From the IMG/VR virus record IMGVR_UViG_3300005512_000028, positions 1 through 63,452 of that record: a DNA stretch of 63,452 nucleotides; one strand, 5' to 3'. The translations under genes were made by a program, and so were the position numbers. Shown here piece by piece: positions 54,706 through 63,452 of the stretch. Positions within the stretch are counted from its first letter, which is position 1. Each line of letters opens with the position of its first letter. This stretch comes from a virus (lineage: Duplodnaviria > Caudoviricetes). Under the pieces are notes generated by a model that saw only the letters and a list, made by a program, of their open reading frames with translations, was not told the DNA's origin and did not search any database.

Positions 54706-55841
54706 CAGGCAATTCTCCTGTGCCTATTGTGGTGAGCTTGGCGAGGGCAACCCCACGCGATGTCGATGTGGACGTTGCCGGAGCTGATGCTGTGCATTCC
54801 CTCGCTGTAGCCGGGCCGTACGTTCGACACGTCGTGACCTTCGCGGAAGCCTACCTGCGACGCCACGCCAGACCAGTCCCCCCAGCGAGAGAGAATGTCC
54901 CACCTGTAATAATACGTGCCCGCTCCCCCAGTGCGCGTCGCCTCGCCCCAATCGTCCCACGTATCGAGGCAATCGGCATACATCGCGCCGTCGGTCACAT
55001 CGGCTGTGGAGATCGCCCCCGCACGAATGGTGGGGGACATGGTTTCTGTGCCAAAGCTGACTTGCAGGATGGCCGAGTAGGGCGTCGGGTATCCGCTCGT
55101 ATCGAACTGCGCCGCGCTCCGCGTGATGGAGGCACGAGCATAGTCGGGACTGAATGTCCCATAGCAGTAGCTCTTAACGCCGGGGCCTGTAGCGCTCAAG
55201 TTAATGCCGCTCGGCCAACCGTGCGCCAAGTCCCACGCGTCGTCAAAGTCGCTCTCGACGGTCGGCAACGTCATCGGCACAAACTTGGTGATGTACTTCT
55301 TGCCCAAGGCGTCGGCGGTGATCTGCGTGCCGGGGTCCAGATTGATCTCACCTCGCTCATCCGGCTCGACGCCTGTCAGGTCAATCTCAACCTGCCCCGA
55401 GGTCTTCCGTACACGAGAACCGAAGCGGAGGAACAGGTCGGTAAGGAACAGGCCGACCGTGGCCCCTTCTGCATCTACAAACTTCCATCCGCCCTCGACC
55501 TCTTCCACACCCTTCGAGAACGTGACATCGTATTGCACCACCGGGTCAAACGTACCGGGGACCAGTATGTCACCGAAGTGGCCGTTGGCGTTATGAGCAC
55601 GGATGAGCTTGCCGTGCCGTCGATGGGGCTTGAACAGTATCCACGCATCACCAAACGTGACGAGGTACGCGCCCGACTTCACTATCCGCAACACCTCAAT
55701 ATGAGGCTTGAGATCGGGGAAGTCCTCCATCGGGTAGATGAGTCCCAGCTTGCCGCCAAGGCCGACCGCGATGTCTCCCGGGAACAGGCGGAACCTGCCC
55801 TCGGCCAGTTGGAGCGTTCTCTTGTCGGCTATCCGTACCAT
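54705..55841 (-). CDS. Hypothetical (putative virion) protein
   Basis: 378 aa in the structural operon, TGATG overlap. Confidence 0.6.
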   Translation of the reverse strand: MVRIADKRTLQLAEGRFRLFPGDIAVGLGGKLGLIYPMEDFPDLKPHIEVLRIVKSGAYLVTFGDAWILFKPHRRHGKLIRAHNANGHFGDILVPGTFDPVVQYDVTFSKGVEEVEGGWKFVDAEGATVGLFLTDLFLRFGSRVRKTSGQVEIDLTGVEPDERGEINLDPGTQITADALGKKYITKFVPMTLPTVESDFDDAWDLAHGWPSGINLSATGPGVKSYCYGTFSPDYARASITRSAAQFDTSGYPTPYSAILQVSFGTETMSPTIRAGAISTADVTDGAMYADCLDTWDDWGEATRTGGAGTYYYRWDILSRWGDWSGVASQVGFREGHDVSNVRPGYSEGMHSISSGNVHIDIAWGCPRQAHHNRHRRIA

Positions 55842-55842
55842 G

Positions 55843-56277
55843 CTAGGCTCGGCTCTTCCTACTTCGACGCTTCAGCCTGTGTACTGTTCTGTGGAGCTCG
55901 CTCTCCACGCCGTCCCGTGAGGCCAACGCCTGCATCTGCTTCTTCCACTCCGCGGGGCGTCCCATGTCCTTGGCCACCCTCCATTCCAGTAGCCTTCGCC
56001 TCGCCCTCGACCGCATCGCAAACCAGACAAGGCCTGCGCCCAGAACGACCACGACCGCGACCGTGCCGCCATCGACCGCAACAGACCCGACCTGTACAGA
56101 GGTACCGGAGCCGCCCTGCTGGTCTTGCGGACCGGCAGTGGCAATGACGTCCTTGTCCGGTGACGCGACCTGCACGGCGTCCGGTGCCACGCAACCCTGC
56201 CCTAGCATCAATGTTAGAGCAAGACAGCCGGCGCTAACGCGGCAGCGCCCTTCAGTAGTCCAATGAGCAGGTCCCAT
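55843..56277 (-). CDS. Membrane/lipoprotein
   Basis: LALTLMLGQGC lipobox-like motif plus a TM segment; start uncertain. Confidence 0.5.
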   Translation of the reverse strand: MGPAHWTTEGRCRVSAGCLALTLMLGQGCVAPDAVQVASPDKDVIATAGPQDQQGGSGTSVQVGSVAVDGGTVAVVVVLGAGLVWFAMRSRARRRLLEWRVAKDMGRPAEWKKQMQALASRDGVESELHRTVHRLKRRSRKSRA

Positions 56278-56582
56278 GACCGCCTGTCCCGTTTGATCTT
56301 GTTGATGACGTCCTGCTCTGCAGCCTGCCGCGACAGCCGCATGATCTCGATGCGTCGCTGCGGCGTAGCCCGTTCGATGATCAGCCGCCACGCATCTGCA
56401 GACTGGTCGGAGGCCAAGCTCTGGAGCAGGGAGTCCACAGTCTCGAATCCATGCACCACTGCCATCTCGGTCAGCTCTGGCAGGATGCCCTCGATTGTGT
56501 CCCGAATCGACTCGTTCTTGAGCAGCGTCAGCCCAAGCTCGACGATCTTGGCTACAATCAGATCGACTAGGTCCTTCTCCAT
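56214..56582 (-). CDS. Hypothetical helical protein
   Basis: 122 aa, GGAGG RBS. Confidence 0.6.
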   Translation of the reverse strand: MEKDLVDLIVAKIVELGLTLLKNESIRDTIEGILPELTEMAVVHGFETVDSLLQSLASDQSADAWRLIIERATPQRRIEIMRLSRQAAEQDVINKIKRDRRSWDLLIGLLKGAAALAPAVLL

Positions 56583-56584
56583 GT

Positions 56585-56911
56585 TTACTCGGCCTCCTTA
56601 TCCGGAAGAGGGGAATTGCGGTTCGCCTCCGCCCATTCCATGACCGTGTCGAAGCTCTTGTTCGCTTCGCGGACAGTGAAGATCAGCAGATCGACCTGTT
56701 GCTTGTAGATGACCGCCTGCTGTTCTACGGTGGCGTCTGCCGGCACAAGCCACGGAGGCTCGTTGGCGGCATCATAGTCCTTGACCGTGACCTTGAGCGT
56801 CGCGGTCGCCGTTGCCAAACACGCCTTGGTGCCCGACGGCATGTTGGAGCAGCCCGCAAAGACGCAGGCCAGCGCCAGCACGAGAATCAGAAACCATCTA
56901 TACGGCCCCAT
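56585..56911 (-). CDS. Lipoprotein (spanin-like candidate)
   Basis: Signal peptide ending VFAGC. Confidence 0.65.
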   Translation of the reverse strand: MGPYRWFLILVLALACVFAGCSNMPSGTKACLATATATLKVTVKDYDAANEPPWLVPADATVEQQAVIYKQQVDLLIFTVREANKSFDTVMEWAEANRNSPLPDKEAE

Positions 56912-57536
56912 GCTCGTTCTCCTTCCCTAGCCCGAAATGGGCGTCTACGCTTACCTTCGGAAACACGTCCAGTCTACTGCCGTCCGTCACGTTGATCACT
57001 TCACGCGTCGGCCAGAGCCGCTCGAGGTCCCGCTTCACATAAGCGAACTGGCTTCTGAACCTGTCGTAACTGGCGGGCGTTACTTCTTGGAGCTGGTGGT
57101 CGTGCCAGTTGGGTCCGTCCTTGCCCATCGCCATGTCGAATCCGAGCAGGAACACGCGCTGGGCACCCATGAGCAAAGCGAGGTTGGCCGCCGCAGCGCC
57201 CGTGCTCGCATTCCACCCCAGCGCATCCAGAAACAGGCCACGCGCTTTCCGCTTCATACATCGCAGCCACGGAATGCTCGCCTTGTACAGCGCCGGGCAG
57301 TTCGTCACTACCATGCCACCGTACATCCGCAACTGCAGCTTGTATGCCTCCCAAAACTTCAGATCGCCAAAGACGCATACATTACAAATGTCCGGTCCGA
57401 GTCGGAAGGCGTCGTTGCATCCGATGGTGTGCTTGCCGCGCAGCAGCTGCCAGTCGAACTGCCGAAGGGACGGACCGCCGCCTATGATATAGCAGTCCTG
57501 CCCTCGCCACGCCGGTATAGGCAGCCACCCACTCAT
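56898..57536 (-). CDS. Maf/DUF115 (MptE-like) putative glycosyltransferase
   Basis: YIIGGGPSL, IGCND, STG..A.NLA..MGA..VFLLGFDM, VINVT. Confidence 0.75.
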   Translation of the reverse strand: MSGWLPIPAWRGQDCYIIGGGPSLRQFDWQLLRGKHTIGCNDAFRLGPDICNVCVFGDLKFWEAYKLQLRMYGGMVVTNCPALYKASIPWLRCMKRKARGLFLDALGWNASTGAAAANLALLMGAQRVFLLGFDMAMGKDGPNWHDHQLQEVTPASYDRFRSQFAYVKRDLERLWPTREVINVTDGSRLDVFPKVSVDAHFGLGKENEHGAV

Positions 57537-57539
57537 GTG

Positions 57540-57989
57540 CTACGCCTCCAGAGCGCGCTTGATAACCTTGTCGACGCCGACCTTCGTGCAGCCCCGCGGG
57601 TTCAGTGCCTTGGCGGGCGCGTCGATGTCGTAAACGCGGTACTTCCCCTTCTTGTAGAAGATCTGGAAGTCCTCGTCGACGGCGAGAGGAAATCGCTTGG
57701 TAACGTCCCTGCCACGCACGTCGGCCTTCGTGCCGTCGGTATCCGACGTCGACGGGGGCACGGGGGGCGGCGAGGGCGCTACCTGTGCCGCCTTCTTTGG
57801 CGGCTCGGCGGTCACGGGGCCATCATCCGCCACAGGGGCGACAGGGGCCGAGGGGGCCGCAGTGCCGGTCGCGTCGAACTGGGCCGGGAACAGCGAGGCC
57901 AGATCGATGTCGGTTTCGACAACGTCGCCCTTCTTGTACGTCCTGTCGTTCTGGACATGCGTCCCCGCCTTCAATCGAAAGAAACCCAT
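57540..57989 (-). CDS. Capsid-associated small protein
   Basis: Directly after the MCP; N-terminal YKKGDVVE module and Pro/Ala linker. Confidence 0.7.
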   Translation of the reverse strand: MGFFRLKAGTHVQNDRTYKKGDVVETDIDLASLFPAQFDATGTAAPSAPVAPVADDGPVTAEPPKKAAQVAPSPPPVPPSTSDTDGTKADVRGRDVTKRFPLAVDEDFQIFYKKGKYRVYDIDAPAKALNPRGCTKVGVDKVIKRALEA

Positions 57990-58041
57990 TGCATATCTCC
58001 TTCCCAAGAAAATGTCATTACAGAAACCGTCATTGTACAGG

Positions 58042-58069
58042 CCTGGGCGGGCACACGGGCCCGCCCAGG
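58042..58069. terminator. Stem-loop after the major capsid gene
   Basis: CCTGGGCGGGC/GCCCGCCCAGG 11-bp stem; no U tract. Confidence 0.45.
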
Positions 58070-58088
58070 TATCTGTACGCCATGCAGC

Positions 58089-59144
58089 CTACGCCGCAGC
58101 GCCGTGCACCAGACCGCTGTTGCTGTTCTGGTCCAGCCGAATCTGCGGGACGAGAATGCACATGACCTTGAAGTTCAGCTGGAGGCCGCCCTTGCTCTCC
58201 CACTGAACCGTTGTGATCTCCATGCCGACGACGACACGGACGACGTCGCTGGTCATCTGCACCAGCAGCAGCGTGTAGCCCGTGAGGTAGTCGAGCGTGT
58301 CGACGCCCTCGATGCCGTTGATCTTGGCCAGCCGCTCGCGGAGGGTGTTGTCGCCCTTGCTCGTCGAGTAGTCGGCGTCCATGTACGTGTCCCAGCTCGG
58401 GGAGCAGTACAGTTTCCACGGGCCGTAGTGATACGCGTCCTGCGACTGCTTCCGCATGGCGAGTACCTCTTCAACCGTCTGGGCACCAGTCCACCCGCTG
58501 GAGGTCGGGTTGGTGAGCACCTTGGTCAGACGACCGGTCCGGTTGGTGTAACCGTAGATCGTGCCGCCGCCGTAGGTGTACGAGGACGCCGTGCCAAGCG
58601 TGAGCTGCTCGGCCATCTCCGCGACCCGGCGACCCGCCAACTCCGCGGTCGTGGTGTCGAGCGGGCTGCCGCCGTTGCGGCTCGCCATGATCTGGCGGGC
58701 GCTGAACCCGAAGTCCTTGTGGATGATCGGGAGGGGCAGGTTGGTCAGCTCGAACTCGGGCCGATCCGCATTGCTCTCGCGGAGGCCGTCCATGCTGATG
58801 GAGGCCTCGGTGATGTCGCTCATGGTCTCCGTCTCGAGCACCGTCTTGCCCATGCCGTTGGGGATGACGTACTCGAGGCCCCGACCACGCAGGTCGGCAA
58901 CGGCACGGAGGCGCGGCTTGGCTGCCTTCACGACAGCCTCGTCCAGCGTCTTCCAGTCGTCCTTCCGCAGCGTCGCCGTCGCATTGTGAATCGGCACTGC
59001 CTTGATGGTGCCGCCCTCGTTGACGGTGATGTAGCTCCTGCCGTCCTTGCCCTGCCAAGGACGCAACGCGTTGACGTTGCCATGCACCTGCATGATGCGG
59101 CTCGCAACGTCACCGTGCGCCTGGCCATTCAAAACGTAGTCCAT
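58089..59144 (-). CDS. Major capsid protein (HK97 fold, encapsulin/linocin-like)
   Basis: TLRKDDWKTLDEAV, PLPIIHKDF, TIYGYTN; follows protease and decoration genes. Confidence 0.9.
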   Translation of the reverse strand: MDYVLNGQAHGDVASRIMQVHGNVNALRPWQGKDGRSYITVNEGGTIKAVPIHNATATLRKDDWKTLDEAVVKAAKPRLRAVADLRGRGLEYVIPNGMGKTVLETETMSDITEASISMDGLRESNADRPEFELTNLPLPIIHKDFGFSARQIMASRNGGSPLDTTTAELAGRRVAEMAEQLTLGTASSYTYGGGTIYGYTNRTGRLTKVLTNPTSSGWTGAQTVEEVLAMRKQSQDAYHYGPWKLYCSPSWDTYMDADYSTSKGDNTLRERLAKINGIEGVDTLDYLTGYTLLLVQMTSDVVRVVVGMEITTVQWESKGGLQLNFKVMCILVPQIRLDQNSNSGLVHGAAA

Positions 59145-59225
59145 TGTCTTTCTCCTTCTGCGCCTTGTTTTCTGAATCGTGGCCTATCGTGTTCTAGATC
59201 ACGCCCGGTCTAGATTGTAGTTGGC

Positions 59226-59666
59226 CTACATCACGCGCACGGCCGACAACGTGTCGGCGTCGCCACTGTCGCTCAGGTCGCATGCCGCGGCAGCGACTGC
59301 GATGATCTGCTTGACCGTGGTGCCCGACGCGACGCTGTCCTCAGCGATCAGGGTGCCGTCCCCTGCACTGACCAGCCTGTCGCCAATGCTGATGTCCTCG
59401 CCCGCCTTGATGAGCGCCTGCACCTTCGCGCCCGGCTCGACGAGGTGGTACGAGACCAGCGCCCCATCGGCGTAGGAGTCGTCCACGGTGTCGCCCTGCA
59501 GTGCGTCCTCGACGGCGAACGCGCGCTCGCTGTACCCGCCCTCGGTGGCGTGTGCCTTGACCACATCCGCCGAGGTCAGCTCGAGCAGCATGCCGGGCTT
59601 GACCACACCACTGGCATCCGCCTCTTCGTGAATGAAACCGCCCGTCAACTGAATCTGATTGGCCAT
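59226..59666 (-). CDS. Head decoration/cement protein
   Basis: VKPGMLL...IGDRLVSAGDGTL; between scaffold and MCP. Confidence 0.8.
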   Translation of the reverse strand: MANQIQLTGGFIHEEADASGVVKPGMLLELTSADVVKAHATEGGYSERAFAVEDALQGDTVDDSYADGALVSYHLVEPGAKVQALIKAGEDISIGDRLVSAGDGTLIAEDSVASGTTVKQIIAVAAAACDLSDSGDADTLSAVRVM

Positions 59667-59748
59667 CGCTTGATCTCCTTATGATCGTAGGCCTATGTCC
59701 TGTGATGCCCTTCTGTAGTCTGTGGCCCTGCCGTGTGCGGCGCGTGGC

Positions 59749-61248
59749 CTAGTCGAACGTCATCGCCGGAGGCGTCAGAGGCTCCTCCTCCTCGTTGCCC
59801 GTGATGTCGGCGGGCTCGGCCATGCCGTCGTAGACGGCGGGCTTGGCCCCGGCCGTGGCCAGCGCCGCGATCTTCTCGAGCTCTCCGATGCTCTTGGTCG
59901 CGAGCTGCTCCTTCGTGAACGTGTTGGCCTTGTTCGCGGTGATGACGGTCACGATCCTCTGGCGCTGCGCCTTGTGGGCACGAACGCCTGCCTCGAGCAT
60001 GTCCCGCATGCCCTCGGGAGCGTTGGCGATGAACTCCTCGACCGTCTGCGGCGGCTCTTCGTTGCCGTCCTCGTTCTCCACGGGCTCGTCCTTGTCCTCG
60101 GACTCGTCCTTGTCCTCGGGCTCGTCCTTGTCCTCGGACTTCTCCGCGTTCTGGACGCCCGCTGCGATCTTCGTCAGATGCGCCTCGTCGAACGCGAGCA
60201 GCGCGTCCCTGTCATCCTCATCCCAGTCCGTGTTGGCGTTGCTGATGAGGTCCTCGACGACCTGTTCCTTGTCCATCGCTTGCTCCTTGTTATGTGTTAC
60301 CCGTTTACCGTCTGTGCCTGTATAGCTCACGACGCGCCTCACTTCCTTCCGCCCCGCAAGGTCAACGGAGGCCGTCTTGGTCTTCTTGTCGAACGTGTAC
60401 GACGCGCTGTACATCTTGCCGTCGTCCTCATAGATGAAGTGCTTGTCGAACACCTCCACTACATACACGGCCGCGGCTGGCATACCCACCGGGTTCGTGG
60501 CGGTGTCTGAGAGTTCGGTGCGGATGGCGGCTTCGATGTCCTGATGGGACGACGCGTTGTCGATTCGCCGCATGGCCAGTACCATGGCGATCTCCGCGTC
60601 ACTCATCGCCGGGTCCAACGCGGCGTTCTGCAGTAGGCCCGCCCCGTCCATGACGCTGCACGCCCCCTTCTTGTCGGGCAGCAGCGCCAGGTGATCCGGC
60701 CGGAAGTTACTGACGGTGCCCGTGTAATCCTCGTTGTTCCACGTGCCCGCCACGCCATCGATGTCGGTGAACAGGCCAGTGGAGACCTCCATGACCTTGC
60801 CTTCCTCCAGCGCGGCGAGCACCCGCTCGTCGACGGCACGGAGGCGATCCGGCTCCAGCCACGCGTCTGCCTTGAGCTTGCCGCCCTCGACGCGCGTGTT
60901 GAGGATGACGCCCACCTTGCGACTGGTAAGGACGTCGGGGTCGCATGCGGACACGGGCCTGCCGTTCATCGTCGGATGGTAGACTACGATGGGCTTGTGA
61001 TTCCAAACGCCCGCGCTCTTCTCCAGCTCGTCCGGCGAGTAATACAGCGGGCCGTTGGTGCCGTTGTGGACGCCCTCAGTGATCATGACCATGGGAGCGA
61101 CGAGCCAGTCGCGTCCCTCCATCTGGTCGTGGCGTACGGAGGGCTTGACGTTGGCGGTGACGGATTGGAGTGCGTTGAACACGGTGACGCGTTCTGCGAC
61201 CGCTGATTCGTTCGCCACCATTCGCGTCCGCTTCGATTTGCGAGGCAT
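59749..61248 (-). CDS. DUF2213-like prohead protease plus scaffold
   Basis: EGVHNG, WNHKPIVVYHP, EVSTG, PDHLALLP..GACS..DGAG; acidic scaffold C-half. Confidence 0.88.
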   Translation of the reverse strand: MPRKSKRTRMVANESAVAERVTVFNALQSVTANVKPSVRHDQMEGRDWLVAPMVMITEGVHNGTNGPLYYSPDELEKSAGVWNHKPIVVYHPTMNGRPVSACDPDVLTSRKVGVILNTRVEGGKLKADAWLEPDRLRAVDERVLAALEEGKVMEVSTGLFTDIDGVAGTWNNEDYTGTVSNFRPDHLALLPDKKGACSVMDGAGLLQNAALDPAMSDAEIAMVLAMRRIDNASSHQDIEAAIRTELSDTATNPVGMPAAAVYVVEVFDKHFIYEDDGKMYSASYTFDKKTKTASVDLAGRKEVRRVVSYTGTDGKRVTHNKEQAMDKEQVVEDLISNANTDWDEDDRDALLAFDEAHLTKIAAGVQNAEKSEDKDEPEDKDESEDKDEPVENEDGNEEPPQTVEEFIANAPEGMRDMLEAGVRAHKAQRQRIVTVITANKANTFTKEQLATKSIGELEKIAALATAGAKPAVYDGMAEPADITGNEEEEPLTPPAMTFD

Positions 61249-61385
61249 ACATAACTCCCAATAAGATAAGGGGCCCGTTTCTGTAACAGGCCCCTTGCTG
61301 GGTATCTGCACGCGATCTTCGATTGTGCATATGCTATACGATGGCAACCTACAGCGATGTGCATCCCCAGTCGAGCAAGAATCTC

Positions 61386-61411
61386 AAAAAAAGTTAGCCG
61401 GTCTCAGACGG
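61386..61411 (-). terminator. Possible intrinsic terminator
   Basis: GCCGTC-TGA-GACCGGC then TAAC and T7 on the minus strand. Confidence 0.4.
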
Positions 61412-61564
61412 CGGCTTGAGAGACTCCATCTTGGTTACCAATCGGATTTCCCCCGCCTCCATCTTGATTGTAATCGCTCCGTACCAGTTGCGTGCCTGCG
61501 CCTGACAAAGCAGCTGCTCAACCCACATCCGATCCTTCCGTGCCTTATCACGCCTATCGGCCAT
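61394..61564 (-). CDS. 56-aa DUF2292/YezD-like protein
   Basis: MADRRDK...WYGAITIKMEAGEIRLV; below the ORF-track cutoff. Confidence 0.55.
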   Translation of the reverse strand: MADRRDKARKDRMWVEQLLCQAQARNWYGAITIKMEAGEIRLVTKMESLKPPSETG

Positions 61565-61585
61565 CCATGAACTCCAATGGGTCTA

Positions 61586-62464
61586 TCAGTCCGCCTGCAG
61601 GTCCGTGTCCACTATCGTCAACGACCCGATCCGCCGCACTCCTCGTACCTTCAGAGAGGAGCCCCGCGGCAGCAGCATCTCTCCCTCGTCACCGAGCCCG
61701 CCAGAAACCCACCGCGATGTATTCAGCGCGTGCGTTCCCTTCGGGGCGTCAATCGTCATCACCACCGCGTGCTTCTGGCCACCCCCACGGGAGAAGTCAA
61801 TCGCGGCCGACGGCTTCGCGGTCGTCGACATGAATGCCTTGTCCTGAATGACGCCGCCGACCTTATACGAGGGCGGCGTGTCCATGCCTATGCCCCTGTA
61901 CAACGTGGTGTCCTTCCCAAGAGGCGTCGACTTGGAGATGGCAGAGTCTATGTCGGCGGCGTCCTTGTGATCCTTCCCCTTGCGGAGGCGTGTGTTTATG
62001 GAATCCCACTTCGCCTCGGAGACATAGCCGCGCACGGCGGTGTGTTCCTCTGCCGTGAACGAGACGCCCTTCGCTGTATCCACGGCCTTCTGCTGTCCCG
62101 CGTCCCCTTCCAACTTGCGCTTGGCCACGAGGTTGCTCATCGAGTCGACCACCCGTGCCTCTTGCTCCGGCGTTGTGGCTCTCTTGAGCTTGGTCTCATA
62201 GAACCCGCGCTCCATCGGGTCGAGTTGCCCTGCTAGCTCCTGCGGCGTGTCGCTACCCCCACCGCCACCGCCGCCTCCTCCGCCCGACGTCCACTGCCCG
62301 TCCTTGTCACGCGGTTGATGCGGACTGTAGTTGGACACTATCTCATCGTCATCGGGGTCGGCGGGGTCGAATCCAAGCTCGCGCACCACGTCCGGCGGCG
62401 TCTGGTTCATCTCGACGTCGTCGGGGTCGTAGTCCAGACCCATCTCTTTTGGCACCCTGCTCAT
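61586..62464 (-). CDS. Tagged ADP-ribosyltransferase (R-S-E, VIP2/Alt-like)
   Basis: Acidic leader, VSN|YSPHQPRDKDGQW plus poly-Gly, INTRLR, LYRG, FMSTT, DEGEMLLPRG. Confidence 0.9.
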   Translation of the reverse strand: MSRVPKEMGLDYDPDDVEMNQTPPDVVRELGFDPADPDDDEIVSNYSPHQPRDKDGQWTSGGGGGGGGGGSDTPQELAGQLDPMERGFYETKLKRATTPEQEARVVDSMSNLVAKRKLEGDAGQQKAVDTAKGVSFTAEEHTAVRGYVSEAKWDSINTRLRKGKDHKDAADIDSAISKSTPLGKDTTLYRGIGMDTPPSYKVGGVIQDKAFMSTTAKPSAAIDFSRGGGQKHAVVMTIDAPKGTHALNTSRWVSGGLGDEGEMLLPRGSSLKVRGVRRIGSLTIVDTDLQAD

Positions 62465-62471
62465 TGATACC

Positions 62472-63452
62472 TCATGGCTTAATTGGCGTGAAGACACGCG
62501 GGTTGATATAGCTCTGAAGCGCGACGACGGGTGTGTTTCCTAACTGCGTGGAAACGCGTCCCGCTACGTCCATGACGGATGCCTTGTACTCCTTCATATT
62601 CTTGGCCTTGGGCATGTCAGCTACCATCGCGCGTGCGGATGTCGTTCCCTTCAGCGTGCGGTAGTCCTTGGGCTTGTACTTACCACCGGACACCGCCTTA
62701 CTATACCCTCGCATCTTACCATCCGTGGTATCGAACAATCTACCACGGGGGCCCGCCTTTTTCGCCCGTGCTAGGACGTCTGCACGGACAGCCTTGTCTT
62801 CTACAGGTATAGAAAGGCTGACCCCCTTCTTGCCTACGAAGTCCAGTCTGACGTCAGAGCCGTTTTGAACGACGTGCCTCCCCTGCAGCGTCGTGGCACC
62901 GTACGCCTGCTTAGCCGCCTTCGTATCGCGCGTGCTACCGGGGCGGATGCCTGTTACCTGAACCAGTCGTAGTGCAGACGCCGCCTCTGCCGTGTCGTGG
63001 TCTTTGCTGACGGCGTCCTTCGCTGTCTTTGCGAACAGCGACTTCTGGTCGCGCTCGAGTGCGGTCACACGTTTGAACTTAGCCTCGCCCTGCTCCTTCG
63101 AAAACTTCTCCGAGTATATACGCACGGTGCGCCCCTTGGCGTCTTGGCCGACCGCCTGTACCTTCGTCGCGGGGTTATCGCTGACGTAGGCGTCCGTCCA
63201 ACCAGGGGGAATCGGCCTGCCGTCTAGGGTGTGACTGCCTTCGCCCTTCCGTACCATAACGGGGTCGCCGTGCTTGTTGACTCTGGGTTTGCCATCCTTG
63301 TCCAGAGCAGGCGTGGCCTCCGCGGCGGGCTTGAGTCCGTACTTGGCGGCGACTGCACCAGAGCCTGTCCATCTGCCGTTCTTGTCACGGGGCTGGTGCG
63401 GACTGTAGTTGAGAACAGCGTACGCAGCCTCGGCCGAGTCCATCGCCTTGGC
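62472..63452 (-). CDS. Topoisomerase IB domain; 3' part of the MuF polyprotein starting at 2058
   Basis: IPPGW, GIRPG, FVGKKG, KDYRT, LGNT, SYINP; in frame with 1-2058 through the terminal overlap. Confidence 0.9.
   Translation of the reverse strand, partial: AKAMDSAEAAYAVLNYSPHQPRDKNGRWTGSGAVAAKYGLKPAAEATPALDKDGKPRVNKHGDPVMVRKGEGSHTLDGRPIPPGWTDAYVSDNPATKVQAVGQDAKGRTVRIYSEKFSKEQGEAKFKRVTALERDQKSLFAKTAKDAVSKDHDTAEAASALRLVQVTGIRPGSTRDTKAAKQAYGATTLQGRHVVQNGSDVRLDFVGKKGVSLSIPVEDKAVRADVLARAKKAGPRGRLFDTTDGKMRGYSKAVSGGKYKPKDYRTLKGTTSARAMVADMPKAKNMKEYKASVMDVAGRVSTQLGNTPVVALQSYINPRVFTPIKP
63330..63452. repeat. Terminal direct repeat (same as 1-123)
   Basis: Exact match. Confidence 0.95.

Noticed and set aside
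58089-59144. Encapsulin/bacteriocin
   Set aside because: Context (protease, decoration, neck and tail genes) identifies it as the major capsid protein
62472-63443. Tyrosine integrase
   Set aside because: Motifs (IPPGW, GKKG, KDYRT, LGNT, YINP) fit topoisomerase IB, and no att site or repressor is nearby
63330-63452. 123-bp repeat as a physical terminal repeat or att site
   Set aside because: It falls mid-gene with the frame preserved, which fits an assembler circular overlap; real termini cannot be seen

Overview
This looks like a complete, circularly assembled high-GC siphovirus-like phage genome: bases 1-123 equal 63330-63452, leaving 63,329 unique bp. I found no integrase or repressor. 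The + strand (about 9.3-39.7 kb) carries early genes, a replication/recombination module (primase, HTH initiator with iterons, DnaB-like helicase, clamp, clamp loader, UDG-exonuclease plus PolA, SSB, RecA-like, split SbcC with SbcD), three Dam-like methylases and a tmRNA. The - strand carries terminase, head, tail, glycosylation and lysis genes. The most striking signal is in the head module. One peptide tag, [VT]xN|[YF][NS][PA][HK]QPR[DG]KxG[RKQ][WFR], usually followed by a Gly linker, occurs seven times, each time directly before a different cargo domain: two R-S-E ADP-ribosyltransferases, a topoisomerase IB, a Tpt1/KptA-like domain, a zincin protease and two small unknown domains. The cargoes are fused into the portal, fused into a 971-aa MuF polyprotein that crosses the origin and is missing from the ORF track, or stand alone. 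[VILT]xN sites are also dense in the prohead protease/scaffold and capsid N-terminus. I infer a system of capsid-packaged effectors released by an Asn-specific prohead protease and sharing one N-terminal signal. Other highlights: the first four early genes are each preceded by a tRNA-like element or a type II hammerhead ribozyme, and a three-domain glycosyltransferase shares a short module with a capsid-adjacent protein. All calls come from reading motifs by eye; no database searches were run.
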